A stretch of 64,000 nucleotides of DNA, from NCBI GenBank assembly GCA_037447605.1, contig CM074819.1, positions 2,088,844-2,152,843 on the forward strand, in the 5' to 3' direction. The notes below the pieces were generated by a model. That model had not been told where the DNA came from and searched no databases. It saw only the letters and a list, made by a program, of their open reading frames with translations. This document shows, piece after piece, positions 1 to 12,825 of the stretch (position 1 is its first letter; every line of letters starts with the position of its first letter). The translations under genes were made by a program, and so were the position numbers. Source of the stretch: Zygnema circumcarinatum SAG 698-1b (Eukaryota; Plantae; Zygnematophyceae).

Positions 1-3000
1 TCCAATCCTGCCTTTTGGGGCTGGGTCTCACCTAGCTGTGTCACCGCCCCGTTCTCGTCCACCATGATGTCCCTCAAGCTCTGCACTTCCTTCGCTCGCG
101 GGTTCCAAATCCTGTAGGTGCGACTGTCCATATTGTAGCCGAGAACATACCCTTCAACAGCTCGCGGGTCGAACTTCCTCTTCTGTCTCGCCTTCGGCAC
201 CGTCGACCAACAGCGCGCTCCGAAAGCCTTTAGGTGGGAAACCGTGGGTTTCCTCCCACTCCACACCTCCTCAGGAACCTGGTCCTTGAGCACAGAAGAT
301 GGGCATCTATTCCTAAGGTAAGCTGCGGTCATGACCGCCTCTCCCCAGAAAGAAGCCGGGAAGGGGGAATCTATCAGAATGGTTCGCGCCATGTCCCCTA
401 ACGTCCTATTTACCCTTTCAGCAGCTCCATTACTTTGAGGGGAGTAGGGAGCAGAGAATTCATGCCTAATTCCACGAGTCTTGAGGTACTCGCCGAACTC
501 CTTCGACTTGAACTCCCCTCCGTTGTCCGAGCGCAGAGTCTTCAGTTTTTGTCCGCTCTCTCGCTCCATCTGAGTCTGCCAATCTCGAAAGGCTCCGAAC
601 GCCTCAGACTTGTTCTTGAGAATCTTCGCCCATATTTTCCTCGAAAAATCGTCGAGAAAAGTGATGAAGTACCGAGCTCCTCCACTCGTTGCCGGTGACA
701 CGGGGCCGCAAAGGTCGGTGTGAACCAACTCCAGTTTCTCCTGCGCATGGTACGCCTCCTCTCCACTCCTCGCAAATGGTTTCCGATGCGCCTTCCCCTG
801 TACACACTCCTTGCAAAAACCGAGCTCCTTCTCCACGACATCTACGTCTAACCCACGGACCAGCCCCTTAGCAGCAAGCTGTTGCAGTCCCCGATGGTTA
901 AGATGTCCAAGTCTACGATGCCAGAGATTTATGGCAGTTTCAGCTATAGCCATCACATCTTCATCCTCTGTCTTTCTATAATGAAGATAATACAGGCCTC
1001 CTTTCTCATACCCCTCAAACAGCCGCTTCCCCGTCACTGCGTGAGTAGCTACACAAGATTTTTCCTTGAACGTGATCTCGTACCCCCTTTTACACACCTG
1101 GCTAACAGACATGAAGTTCTGTTTCAGCTCGGGGGTGTGAAGGACATCACCGATACATAGACGCTCCTCCCTCTCTTCTTCGTAGATAACAGAGCTGTTG
1201 GTGTAGGGACTCCTCCACTGCTGCCGTCCGTTCCTCCATTCGGGTCACCCTCCATCGGAGTTTGCGTTCCAAACGACGATGACATATTCAAATCCCTCAC
1301 ATTCACTCATAGCCCATTTTACTCACAGAGTGAATCACAGCAATAATGCACAGCGGAATAACAGAGAGAAATGAATAGGAGAAAGCTCCTGGCTCTAAAA
1401 CTCCTTAATAGTGAATTCACTNNNNNNNNNNAGATCCTGAACCTGGATCTTCCCAACAAAGTCAGAATTTTCAGGCCTTTCAGCCATCATCAGATTGGTC
1501 TCATTCGACCCTCTGCACTCGGTGCTCTTGTGACCTCGCTTCTTGCACTTGAAGCAGATCCCCTTGAAGCTTTTCTTCTCCTTCTTGTCGAATGCCGGCG
1601 CGCCTCCTCCTCCACGATCTTGGGGACTCTTGTTCTTATGCTTGATCTGCGGTAGTGGCCGTCTTCCCACCGCGTGTAGCGCACGCTCCGTAAGGGTCTC
1701 CCTCGGTCCGACTTTTTGGCGCACCTCCTCTTCGGTCTTGTCGTGAGTGCAGCGCTAGCACCTTCTCCTCGGTGCTCCCGGTGTCTTGGACGGTGTCCTC
1801 CTCCTTGATCCTCCGCTTCACTTGCTCAAGGGTCATTTTCGAGTTCGTTAGGACAGTCCTAAGCGCTGCAACTGCTACGTCAAATCTGGAGGTTAATCCC
1901 CCCAAGAACTGGCTGATCTTATGGTCACTCTCTAACGGTTTCTGTAGAGCTATGAACCTCTCCATCAAGGTATCAAACCTGACCATATATTCACTCAGTT
2001 TCTCATCCGAGGACATTTTCATCTTCCCAAGCTGCGTGTAAAGGCTCACTATCGTGACGTTATCCTTTACATCATACATCTCTTCTAAGCACCTCCACAT
2101 AGCATGTGAGGTCTTGAGATCATACAGCATGGACGAAGGACTTCCCCTCACACTCATGACGATCTGGGTAGGCGCTTTGTTGTCCTTGGCATCCATCTGG
2201 CGGCTTCCACATCGTCAGTTCCGACTGCTGCCAACTCCCGCCCGTGGCTTTCCTCGGTAGCACCCGGTGCATGATAGTGCCGTTTGGCGTGCCCAACAGT
2301 CCCTTGCCCGCGAGCAGGGGACCAGCTTCCTCTCACGCTAGCCAGTCTTTACCCGTGGTCGGGAATCTTTGAACTTCCGCGTGGTCTCGTTTAAGCCACC
2401 ATTGGCTCTGATACCACTTGTTGGAGCGTGGATCTGCTCGCTGCTCCCGGCGCCACCTTGCGTGTCGCCCTCCATTGGAACTCCGGTTCCCACCAATGAA
2501 GACATCTTTCACTCTCCCCACTCTATCTCACTTCACTCATAGCCCATAACTCACAGAATGAAAACAGAGACAAGCACAGCGGAAATCACACACGGGAAAG
2601 TGTAGGAGAAAGCTCACGGCTCTAAAACTCCTTTATGATAAGAATGTCACCCACATGAAGTTCTCCCCCTCTCACTAGCTACTTCTCCCCTTACTCACTA
2701 CCTTGCGACACAAGCAGGGCAGCCCAGCAACACGAGCAGGCACAGAATAAGTCACGGGACTACAGTAGTCTAATGTGGTTATCCTACATAATCAAGCTAA
2801 ACCCTATATACCGCCATGGCCGTGTTACGTGACATCTTCCTAGTTGACCGATGTCACGTCACGGCCGCCCTCATGCGTTCAGCAGCCGGGTACGCGTTCA
2901 ACATCCAGCATTGCGGTCCTTCGTAAACCTACGCCGACCTAGTTAGGTCGTCCGTACAGTTTTGTCGCCCATCTGAACTTGTCGTCCGTTCGAGCGCAGA

Positions 3001-3503
3001 ACTTCCGCCGCCCGTCCGTACGCGTCCGTCGCCCGCGCGCGCATGTTCGATTCGCGCGCGCCGTACACATTTGCGCCATCCGCGACGAAATCTCAATCGT
3101 CGCATTTCCGCGCCGTTCACACTTGTCCGCGTGGCTGCTGACTCAGTGTAACAAACCTGCCAACTGCAAGGTTTGAACACAAGACCTCCCGGTACCCACA
3201 CCAGTGCTTTACCATTAAAAGGCAACCGCGGATGTAAATACTAGGCCATACAACACATGTATAGCGTTTGGCGCTACACTTTCGGTCTCGCGATTGACTG
3301 CGTTAGAGTCAGGACAGCGGTAAGAATTACGGCTGGCGATTCATGAAGCATCCTGAAACGTCCTCAGCGCTGAAAGCGTCGCAGACGCGGCATTTGGCGA
3401 GCCGCATTTCTAGGACTATCTTAGCGGAATCTCATGTTTTCCCAATGAGGACGCCGCGATGTTAGTGTGAACCCATACAATGTCTAACTATAGCACACTA
3501 ACA
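1..3503 (-). mobile_element. Degenerate Ty1/copia retrotransposon (element 1), 5' part: LTR about 2419-3503, PBS, gag, protease region, integrase; runs off the window start
   Basis: PBS for tRNA-iMet (GCTCTGATACCA on +, 2405-2416) lies 2 nt from the LTR end TGTTGG at 2419. The minus strand encodes zinc knuckle CFKCKKRGHKSTEC, then IGDVLHTPELKQNFMSVSQ, and integrase motifs ELVHTDLCGPVSP, LRSDNGGEF, SNGAAERVNRTL. Gag has frameshifts. The outer LTR end (CACTAACA at 3496-3503 or 3502-3509) is uncertain. Confidence 0.9.
1196..1421 (-). mobile_element. U5 end of a related copia LTR nested inside element 1, truncated by an N gap
   Basis: Ends ...CCAACA at 1196 with no PBS, and is similar to 2505-2640 (AGGAGAAAGCTC..GGCTCTAAAACTCCTT block). 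It interrupts element 1 between gag and the VLHTP segment. The far side and TSD are hidden by the gap. Confidence 0.75.
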
Positions 3504-5938
3504 CTAACACTATCGCTGAGCGCCACATGTCATAACTATCCTTAAGCGACTCTTAATATCTCGATTATTAGAAGCAGCGGCCTATAGCCTTCGCGGCGTA
3601 ACCCGGCCAATTAGCAGCGTTCCCGGCCTGAGACTAAGGCCGGTCGGTCGGTCCGCGTCGGGGTGGCCAGAACCTCAGGACCTTTGAAGCTGGCGGCCTG
3701 GGGCCGTGCGATTATGCAGGACCGGGCTATACCTATTGTACACAACATTCCCTCGATCCCCAGCGAAAGGTCCGACTCCGATGAATCTTTGTTCCTCAGG
3801 GCGATCTCACCGTTTGTCCCTTTGGTTAACATATGCGCGACGATGCGTTGATGCTGACAAATCCGGCTGACCACGGGCCATCCTCTACGTTTTCGACATA
3901 GTGATCGCGCGGCAGTATGTTTTAGGCCTTTTATGGCTTACCGGATTACGTACTAGCGCCAATTGATGATTGGTTATCGATGAAGATCTGTACGAGGTTG
4001 GGGCGTTAGCACTTTCGAGGAGGAAGAAATGCAAGCCAGATCGGCTTCCTTGCTGGCGTGGCATGNNNNNNNNNNNNNNNNNNNNNNNNNNNNNNNNNNN
4101 NNNNNNNNNNNNNNNNNNNNNNNNNNNNNNNNNNNNNNNNNNNNNNNNNNNNNNNNNNNNNNNNNCAAAGTTAGCATCTGCCCCTCACCAGCAGGTTGCT
4201 GGGTGACCATTGCGATTTTGATGAAGGTCATGGCACGATGGGCAAGGTGGAACATAGATCGCACTATATGCGAAGGTTGAGGACGAGCCGTCCTCCACAC
4301 CAATGTGTAGGGTGAGCCAACCAGCAAGCTGGTGGATCCTTCCATCTCTTGCACCAACGTGTGCCCTTTCCTCAACTGTTTCACCAACCGCCAAGTGGCG
4401 TTGGGAAAGGTGCGAACTGCCATGTGCTGAGGAACCAGCACATGCAGCCCAAGGACATGGGANNNNNNNNNNGGTCGGATCCTACGCGCGCGGCGCGGGG
4501 TCCGATTGACAGTCCGTCCGTACCAACGGGTAACCGTTATTGTACGGACGAACGGAGAAGTCCAAAAAGGGGGATCCGGGCCGCGGCCCGAGATCCAATC
4601 GCGAGACCGGATCGGTCCCGTGGTGCCGTTAGTCCGTGATCCTCCTCTACGCTGAGAGGAGGGGACCTTGGCCGGTGACGTGGGGCCCATAGAGATTATG
4701 TGGCAGCCCCACGGGTGAACCAGTTCTTACGGTTCGAACCTAGGACCTCCGTCGTCCTATAGGGTATCCGATGCCCTAACCGTTAGGTACTGCATTGGAT
4801 GGAAACATAAAGCCACGCCGGGCTCTAAGTAACCCTTCCCCCTTGGGGTGACTGTAGCGTTTCGCTACAGAAAATCAGCTCACGGCTGATCTCTAATGCT
4901 CTACCCAGCAACGCCTATCTACTGCTGCCCATACAGCAGACCTCTACACTCAGCACCGCGAGCCAAGATGTAAGGTTCTAAGGTAACTAAACACTATGCA
5001 CAAAGCAAACTATATACTAGCTGCTGAAGCATCTCCACATTCCACCGCATGCCACCGCGTGCCACCTCCATGGGGAGGGGAGTGTCCGTACCGAAACCTC
5101 GGACCGAAACCTCCTCCGTCGATCCGAACCTTCCGCGCTCCTTCGCGTCTCTAATAATCCGTACTAAGCTAAAACTCACAGCCGTGCGACCTATCGTCGC
5201 GCGCCACGTGTCTACACATCACTTATCGATTCGAAGCGGACTCCACTGGTAGCGCGGCCTATCGCCGCCCTCCAGGTGTCCTATACAAACCTGTCGTCTT
5301 CCCACTGAGAACAACGCTCTAGCGCCCTGTTCAGACTGTGACCGAATCTCCTAAGGACTGCCGACAAAGGCTAAGGACCGTACAGTGTACAATTCTAGGC
5401 TATACAGTACTGGACCCCTATTGTACTCAACATGATCTCGCTCTCCTCTACTCTCCATCCTCTAATCTCTCTCTCTGCTCTCTCTCTCCCCTCTGCGCTC
5501 TCTCTCCTCTGCTCTCCCTCCTCTAATCTCTCTCTCCTCTGCTCTCTCTCCTCTGCTCTCCTTCCTCTCTCTCTGGTAATGTGTCTTTACAGACGTTGCC
5601 TTGATGTGTGAGAAGGAGAAAACAGGGGAGTAAATATCCAAAATGGGGAGGGGCGGGATATCCAAAACAGGGGGCGGAATAGCCAAAATGGGAGGGCGGG
5701 ATTCCAAAAAAAAGGGGCTGGATAACCCAAAAAGAGGGGCGAAGTATCATTTTCCTATATTTATTTCTTTAATGGAAGGAAAGAAAATGGTATTGATCTC
5801 ACGATGGCGAAGCCATCAAAATGTACATGGACAAAATCAGTATGGGGAAGGAACCACGAGGGACTGGTTCATTTCTTTATTTCTTAATATGTTTTTTTAT
5901 GCATGGGCTCACACGATGTGTCATTTTCTACTTACATA

Positions 5939-6402
5939 AGGGGGAGTCAGACCTTGACCATCGCTTACGAAATTCAAAGATTCCCTATACGGAAAGGTAT
6001 TGATTTCGTTTCCAGGTTTCGGCTCGGAAGCCGCGGCTCCCCCGAACCTGTCATGTCCCGTCCGTACTACGGAATAGGTTACAAAAATGCCCCCAAATTT
6101 CCGAAATCCGCCGAAATCCGCTCGCCGAAACGCAGGGCCNNNNNNNNNNCACGTGTGAAGCGCGCGTGGCGACAAAACGGAGGGCGGCGGGCGGCGGGCG
6201 GCGGAGGGAGCGCGGCGGGGCGAAAAGGGGGGGGTCAGACCTGGCTCGGAGATACGAAGGTAAAATAATTATTTTCTTGAATTCGCCGCGCCCGAACCTG
6301 CCGAACGGCCACATTTTGCGAAAAAGGCCTGCCGTACACGGCGGAATAGGCCCGACGGGCTTACGAAATTGGTTTGGCGATGGTCAAGGTCTGACCCCCC
6401 CT
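5939..6402. mobile_element. MITE(s) of the AGGGGGNGTCAGAC family, gap-joined composite
   Basis: TIR AGGGGGAGTCAGACCTTGACCATCGC at 5939 and its inverse ending at 6402. A third TIR-like copy is at about 6226-6240, and an N gap lies inside. The left half matches 27370-27550 in inverted orientation. Confidence 0.85.
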
Positions 6403-6496
6403 ATTGTGCATCCTTAACATTTCCGAGTCACATTTCATTCCAGATTTTGTGATGTTCTGCGGAACTTATGCTTATAGTTTATGCAACTTATGGTTT

Positions 6497-6650
6497 CAGT
6501 GAGCATCCTTTTCACGAGTTCCTTCCCTTCGGAGGAAATTTCCGACCATGGGCTCGCAGTGAAGGAGGGAGCCTCGCGGTTTTAGGGTTTTTAGGGTTTT
6601 AAGTGCTTGCAAAACCCCATCGTTTTTGCGAGCCCAGAAAGGCAAACACC
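6497..6650 (-). pseudogene. Isolated exon remnant of a CDPK/CRK-family protein kinase (subdomains IX-XI)
   Basis: After acceptor GCGCAG (6656-6651) the minus strand reads GCLPFWARKNDGVLQAL, then a 22-nt telomere-like insert, then REAPSFTASPWSEISSEGKELVKRML. This resembles CRK-type [40 protein letters not shown]. No other kinase exons were found. Confidence 0.6.
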
Positions 6651-6942
6651 CTGCGCTAAAGCGCAATCAGATTGATTGCAGACATCAGATAGCAATCGAG
6701 TACACCATACTTAGTGTGGGTATGAGGGTTTAAGGGTTTAAGGGTTCTTTGGGGCCCTAGAAAGGATGAATTAACACTCTCGCGAACTCAACATTCCTTG
6801 TTCTTCCGGATGGGGAGGATCTGCCCGGGACACGTGGCGACAGATAACAGGCTGAAATCCTCGCGTGTTCCCACTGGGCGTTGGAGCTTTCTCTTTGTGG
6901 GGACGAATTCGACCGAAGGCGGAACGGGGTCCCTCTCGTTTT

Positions 6943-9900
6943 TGTTAGTGTACATTAGTTAGTGGTACATAGTTAGTGAGTGCATGTGTTTGTTTGGAGT
7001 CTAGAAGGGCTAGGCGGTAGAGCTAGGGTCGAGCTATCATCAAGCTAGGAGTTCAGAGGTGTACATGAGACACCTGAGGCGCGAGTCACGGGAGGCCGTC
7101 GGAACAAGAGTCCGTACCGAATGTGAACGACCGGCTGTGTGGCACGGAGTTCGAAATGGAGCGCAGTGACGTGACGTGGCGCGGCGCGCAGGGCGCGTGA
7201 CGTGGCGCGGCGCGCAACTAAAGGCGTGTGACGTGACAGGCGCGAAACGAAGGCGCGTGACGTGACAGACGTGCAGGCGCAGACGCGTGGCGAAATCAGC
7301 GCTGAGTGTGTGCTAGTGCGCTCTTAGTGTGTGCTAGTGCGGGGTTAGTAGTCGCCCATGGTTGTTGCTTTGGGCGAAGTATAAGTTAAGAGGGAGAACT
7401 TTGAGACTAAACCCTGAGTGTAGACTGTGAGAAGCAGTAGGTGTAGCTTGCCAGGATGTGGTGAAGCTTCACAGCTTGAGGGTGGTAGTCTTGTAGTGGA
7501 GTAGAGGTGCAGGGGAGGGGCTCTTGCTGCATGCTTGTACTTCAATCTGAATTTAAGAGTTTTAGGCCGTTGTGCTTTCTCTTAATTCATTTCTTTCTGT
7601 TCTGTCTTTCATTCTTTGCTTGGGGCTGTTTTAAGCTTTGTGAGTGAGATCTTGTGCTTCCGCAAAGGTGGCGTCTCCTAGTCCTAGGCGTGGAGAGATG
7701 TCCTCATCAGAGGCATCCTCCAGCAGGTCAGGGGGCACCGTTTCAACAAGTGGTATCAGAGCGCTGGACCGGGCAGAAGGTGAAGACAGTCAGAAGATTG
7801 GAGTGCCGTTGTTTACCGGCACTAACTACAAGACGTGGAAGTGGCGAATGAAGAAAGTGCTGCTGAGCAAGGACCTTTTTGGAGTCGTTGATGGCTCGGA
7901 GGAGAGACCAACCTCCGGTGCAGAAGCCAAGGAGTGGCTCCGAAAGGACAGGAAAGCTCAGGCCCTCTTTGCCATAACCGTGAGTGATGCACGGTCAGTT
8001 CCGTTGCAAGAACTAGAAACTAGTGCTGAAATATGGACAAGTTTGCAGCAGGTGTATGATAGGCCGTCTGAGACAACTGCTGTCCACTTATATTCAGAAC
8101 TAGGCAAGCTGAAAATGGCCGAAGATGAAGAACTGACTGATTATATGGAGAAGTTCGATAGCTTGATGCACAGGTTTGCTATTGCTAGGAAGCCATTGGA
8201 CGAAGATCATCAGATCAGTGTCTTTCTGTTGGGTCTACCGAAGAGATTTGAGCTAACAGTCGTTTCCCTTAAATCATTACTCACCGTTACAAAACTAACC
8301 GTGAGCGAGTTGAAGGGAAGGGTGAAAGATGATGATGAGACTCAGAAGGAGAAGGAGGCTAAGGGAGAAGCTGACAAGGTGCTGGCGCTCAGATGGAGTC
8401 AGCATAAGCCCAAAGGAGATGGGAGACCCAAGGCGGGCAAGGGTGGCCCGGGCCCAAAGAAGAACTTGAGTTGTTACAATTGTGGGAAGCTGGGACACCT
8501 GAGGACCAATTGCACGGAGCCGAAGAAGGACGATGCCAGTGGAGCGGGGCCTTCTAGGCCGGCTGCAAAGGAGAAGGTCAAAGGAGCTTGTTACAAATGT
8601 GGGAAGTTTGGCCACTTCAAGGCAAACTGTCCTGACGGCAATTCTGACAAGAATCTGATGATTGCTGAAGGCGAGTATTCAGAATTTGTCAATGGAATCC
8701 ACGTGAAGGATTCAGGCTTGAGACCTTGGCTGATTGATTCAGGAGCATCCAAGCATATGTGCGTGGATGAGTCACTCTTTGTGGAGAAGAAGGCGTTGCA
8801 GCATGCGCGGTCTGTCTACTCTGCCACTGGAGATGGTGTTCAGGTGACTCAAGGAGGATCGGTCGAGTTGGAGGTACTCAATGGGGGTGTAGGGGCAGTA
8901 TTGACCGTAGGGAATGTGCTGCACACTCCAGGACTGCAGAATAATTTCCTTTCTGTGAGTCAGATCTGCGAGGAAGGCTGCAAGGTGTGGTTTGACAAAG
9001 TGGCATGCGCAGTAGTTGACGAGAATACCGGGAAGACCCTTTGTAGAGGCATGCAAAAGAATGGCCTTTACTTTCTAAATTGGGGAGGGAAGCCGGTTGA
9101 GGTGGTCAATGCAGTTGCAGAGGATCCCAAAGTTCAGCTTTGGCACCGCAGACTAGGACACCTTGGATATAGAGGGCTGAAGCGCCTTGCAGATGAGCAG
9201 TTAGTCAGAGGACTAGACTTGGAGGACGTTAAGGGAGAAGGACACGGAGTTTGCGAGAACTGTGTCGCAGGAAAAGCTCATAGGCGACCGTTTGGACAAA
9301 GAGCGGAGGCACAAATTTCTCGTGAGAGACTAGAGCTGGTGCACACGGACTTGTGTGGCCCCGTGTCCCCTACAAGTAAAGGTGGGGCAAGTTATTTCAT
9401 CTCTTTTCTTGATGACTGCTCAAGGAAAGTATGGGTGAAATTACTCACTAAGAAATCGGAAGCCTTTGATGCTTTTAAAGAGTGGCAGCTGCGGGCTGAG
9501 AGAGAGACAGGATTGAAGTTGAAGACTCTTAGGTCTGACAATGGTGGGGAGTACACCTCTCATCAGTTCAGAGACTACCTGAAGTCCCTAGGAGTGAAGC
9601 ACGAGTTCACTGCACCCTATTCTCCTCAGAGCAACGGAGCTGCCGAGAGGATGAACAGGACGCTGGGAGACATGGCGAGAACGATGTTGAGTGAGTCGCC
9701 ATTCCCGTTAACTTTTTGGTCAGAGGCGATCATGACGGCAGCCTATATTCGAAATAGGTGCCCCACATCTGCTTTGAAGGATAGAGTTCCAGAGGAAGTG
9801 TGGACGGGCACTAAGCCAAACGTGCAGCATCTTAGAGTGTGGGGCTCAAAGTGTTTCATTGCCGTCCCAAAGCAGAAGCAGAATCAGAAGTTCAGTCCTC

Positions 9901-12825
9901 GTGCAGTGGAAGGCTATTTTCTTGGCTATAATGAAGATAGTCCGACTTACCGTATTTGGAATCCGGTCACCAAGCAGGTAGAGAGAAGTCGTGACTTGAC
10001 AATGCAGGAATTCCACAAGCATACCGAAAAGTTAGACGTGGAGAAGGACGTGAACACGAGCAGTTTAGTGTTTCCATGGTTCTCAGATGATTCAGGAAGG
10101 GCTGAGGAGGTGGTAGAACCGGATGTTCAGAGTAGCCCACAAATGGAGCAGGTCGCTAGCCCACTAGGGCCTCTACCCGAGGAAGGCCCAGTCGAATGGG
10201 ATGCACCCGAGGAGGAAGACTTGCAGGTGCAGCCAGCAGACGAGTCAAGAGAGACTGAGAAACCTTCTTATACAGGGCCGTTGAGGAGGAGTGCTCGACC
10301 TACCAAGCAACCTGGCTGGTTGGCCGACTTCCACCAACAACCCTCTTGGAAGATGACGAGAAAGAAGAAGGTTAGGACACCTAGTGACTCGGCTGATTTT
10401 GCAGGAATAGCAACCTGCATGATGGCGCACATTTCAGAACCTCAAAGCTATGGAGAAGCTTTGCAAGGTGAGGATTCTGAAAAGTGGAGGGTGGCCATTG
10501 ATAGTGAGCTAAGCAGCCTGGAGGAAAATGGAACGTGGAGATTAGAGGAGCTTCCTAAAGGTAGGAAAGCTATAGGCTGCAAATGGGTGTTCAAGGTGAA
10601 GCACAAGGCGGATGGGAGCGTGGATCGCTTCAAGGCTAGGCTGGTGGCAAAGGGGTATAGCCAAAAGGAGGGGATAGATTACTCGGAGACCTTTGCACCA
10701 GTGGTAAAATTCAACTCTCTTCGCTCACTCATTTCAATTGCAGCAGCTGAGAAGATGCATGTCCATCAGCTTGATATTAAGACTGCATTTCTCTATGGGG
10801 ATCTTAGTGAAGAGATCTATATGGAGCAACCGGAGGGCACGGTAGTAGCAGGCAAGGAGCACCTTGTATGCAGGCTGGTGAAGAGCCTTTACGGGCTCAA
10901 GCAGGCACCCCGGATCTGGTACCAAAAGATCGATGATCTTTTGCGGAGGAGTGGATACAAGCGCTTCCAAACGGACCACTCAGTCTACAGCAAAGGTACG
11001 GGAGAGAGCTTTTGTATGTGGGCATTTATGTTGATGATTTGATCATTATTAGTTCTTCCATGGAAAGCATTCAAAGTCTGAAGGACTTGATGAAGAAGAA
11101 CTTTCAAATGTCAGATCTAGGGGAGGCCCAATACTTATTAGGAATTCAGCTCAAGAGGGGGCAAGATGGCAGTTTGTTCCTTAGTCAAGAGAAGTATGCA
11201 AAGGATGTCTTGGCTAAATTCAGAATGGACAAGTGCACTCCTTGCACAAGTCCCATGGACCCTTCACAGAGGCTTTCAGCAGCAATGTCACCCCAGTCAC
11301 GTGAAGAAGTGAAGACGATGGAGGCGGTTCCATACAGGTCAGCAATCGGAAGCTTAATGTACTTGATGATAGGCACAAGGCCAGACTTGGCTAAGGCAGT
11401 TAGCACAGCGAGCAGGTACATGGAATTTCCAGGGGAGAGGCATTGGGAGGCCGTCAAGAGGATCTTCAAGTTCCTAAGGGGGACTCTTGACTATGGGATC
11501 AAGTTTGAAGCCGGGAATGGAAGTGAGGTGTATGGTTATACGGATGCAGATTGGGGAGGCGACGTAGATACAGCGAGATCTACCTCTGGCTATGCATTCA
11601 TGAATAGTGGGGGAGTGGTGACTTGGAGCTCCAAGCTCCAGGATTCAGTGGCGCTCTCAAGTACTGAAGCTGAGTACATGGCAGCGTGCCATGCGGCCAA
11701 GGAAGCAGCTTGGTTGCAGCAGTTCTTTGAAGAGTGTGAGAGGCCTCAAACTCCCTTGCAGCTGTTTACAGATAACCAGTCCTCAATGACTTTGATGCAA
11801 AATCCAGTTTTTCACAAGAGGTCAAAGCACATAAGAATTCAGTATCATTTTGTGCGTGAGCTTGTGGTTGAAGGAAGAATCGCTGTAGCTTATGTTGGCA
11901 CGAAAGACCAGGCAGCAGACATGCTCACAAAAGGGGTCAATGGAGAGACGTTGTGGAAAAACAGCATGCTCTTAGGATTGGGGCCTCAAAGGAACTAAGT
12001 ACCAAGAGGGGGAGTGTTAGTGTACATTAGTTGGTGGTACATAGTTAATGAGTGCATGTGTTTGTTTGGAGTCTAGAAGGGCTAGGCGGTAGAGCTAGGG
12101 TCGAGCTATCATCAAGCTAGGAGTTCAGAGGTGTACATGAGACACCTGAGGCGCGAGTCACGGGAGGCCGTCGGAACAAGAGTCCGTACCGAATGTGAAC
12201 GACCGGCTGTGTGGCACGGAGTTCGAAATGGAGCGCAGTGACGTGACGTGGCGCGGCGCGCAACTAAGGGCGCGTGACGTGGCGCGGCGCGCAACTAAAG
12301 GCGTGTGACGTGACAGGCGCGAAACGAAGGCGCGTGACGTGACAGACGTGCAGGCGCAGACGCGTGGCGAAATCAGCGCTGAGTGTGTGCTAGTGCGCTC
12401 TTAGTGTGTGCTAGTGCGGGGTTAGTAGTCGCCCATGGTTGTTGCTTTGGGCGAAGTATAAGTTAAGAGGGAGAACTTTGAGACTAAACCCTGAGTGTAG
12501 ACTGTGAGAAGCAGTAGGTGTAGCTTGCCAGGATGTGGTGAAGCTTCACAGCTTGAGGGTGGTAGTCTTGTAGTGGAGTAGAGGTGCAGGGGAGGGGCTC
12601 TTGCTGCATGCTTGTACTTCAATCTGAATTTAAGAGTTTTAGGCCGTTGTGCTTTCTCTTAATTCATTTCTTTCTGTTCTGTCTTTCATTCTTTGCTTGG
12701 GGCTGTTTTAAGCTTTGTGAGTGAGATCTTGTGCTTCCGCAAAGGTGGCGTCTCCTAGTCCTAGGCGTGGAGAGATGTCCTCATCAGAGGCATCCTCCAG
12801 CAGGTCAGGGGGCACCGTTTCAACA
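6943..12825 (+). mobile_element. Full-length Ty1/copia LTR retrotransposon (element 2)
   Basis: LTRs 6943-7748 and 12015-12825 (TG...CA) are near-identical: I saw 2 substitutions and a 5-bp indel. TSD GTTTT at 6938-6942 and 12826-12830, PBS TGGTATCAGAGC at 7751-7762, PPT AAGAGGGGGAG at 12004-12014. Confidence 0.98.
7698..11998 (+). CDS. copia Gag-Pol polyprotein with one frameshift at about 11010
   Basis: Two CCHC knuckles, protease WLIDSGASKHM, integrase WHRRLGH/CENC, HTDLCGP and RSDNGGEY, RT KARLVAKG, DIKTAFL, LYGLKQAP and YVDD, RNase H YTDADW, TEAEY, DNQS and ADMLTK. The frame shifts just before YVGIYVDD. Confidence 0.93.

Noticed and set aside
3510-5400. ORF 3974-4690 and local hairpins (e.g. 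TGTAGCG-TTT-CGCTACA at about 4852) as a DIRS or gypsy element
   Set aside because: The ORF spans N gaps, I recognised no domain motifs, and no paired LTR, TIR or TSD could be established. It is left unassigned.
11000-11030. Programmed ribosomal frameshift in pol
   Set aside because: Copia Pol is normally a single frame, and the shift sits inside RT with no clear slippery site or pseudoknot. A mutation or assembly error is more likely.
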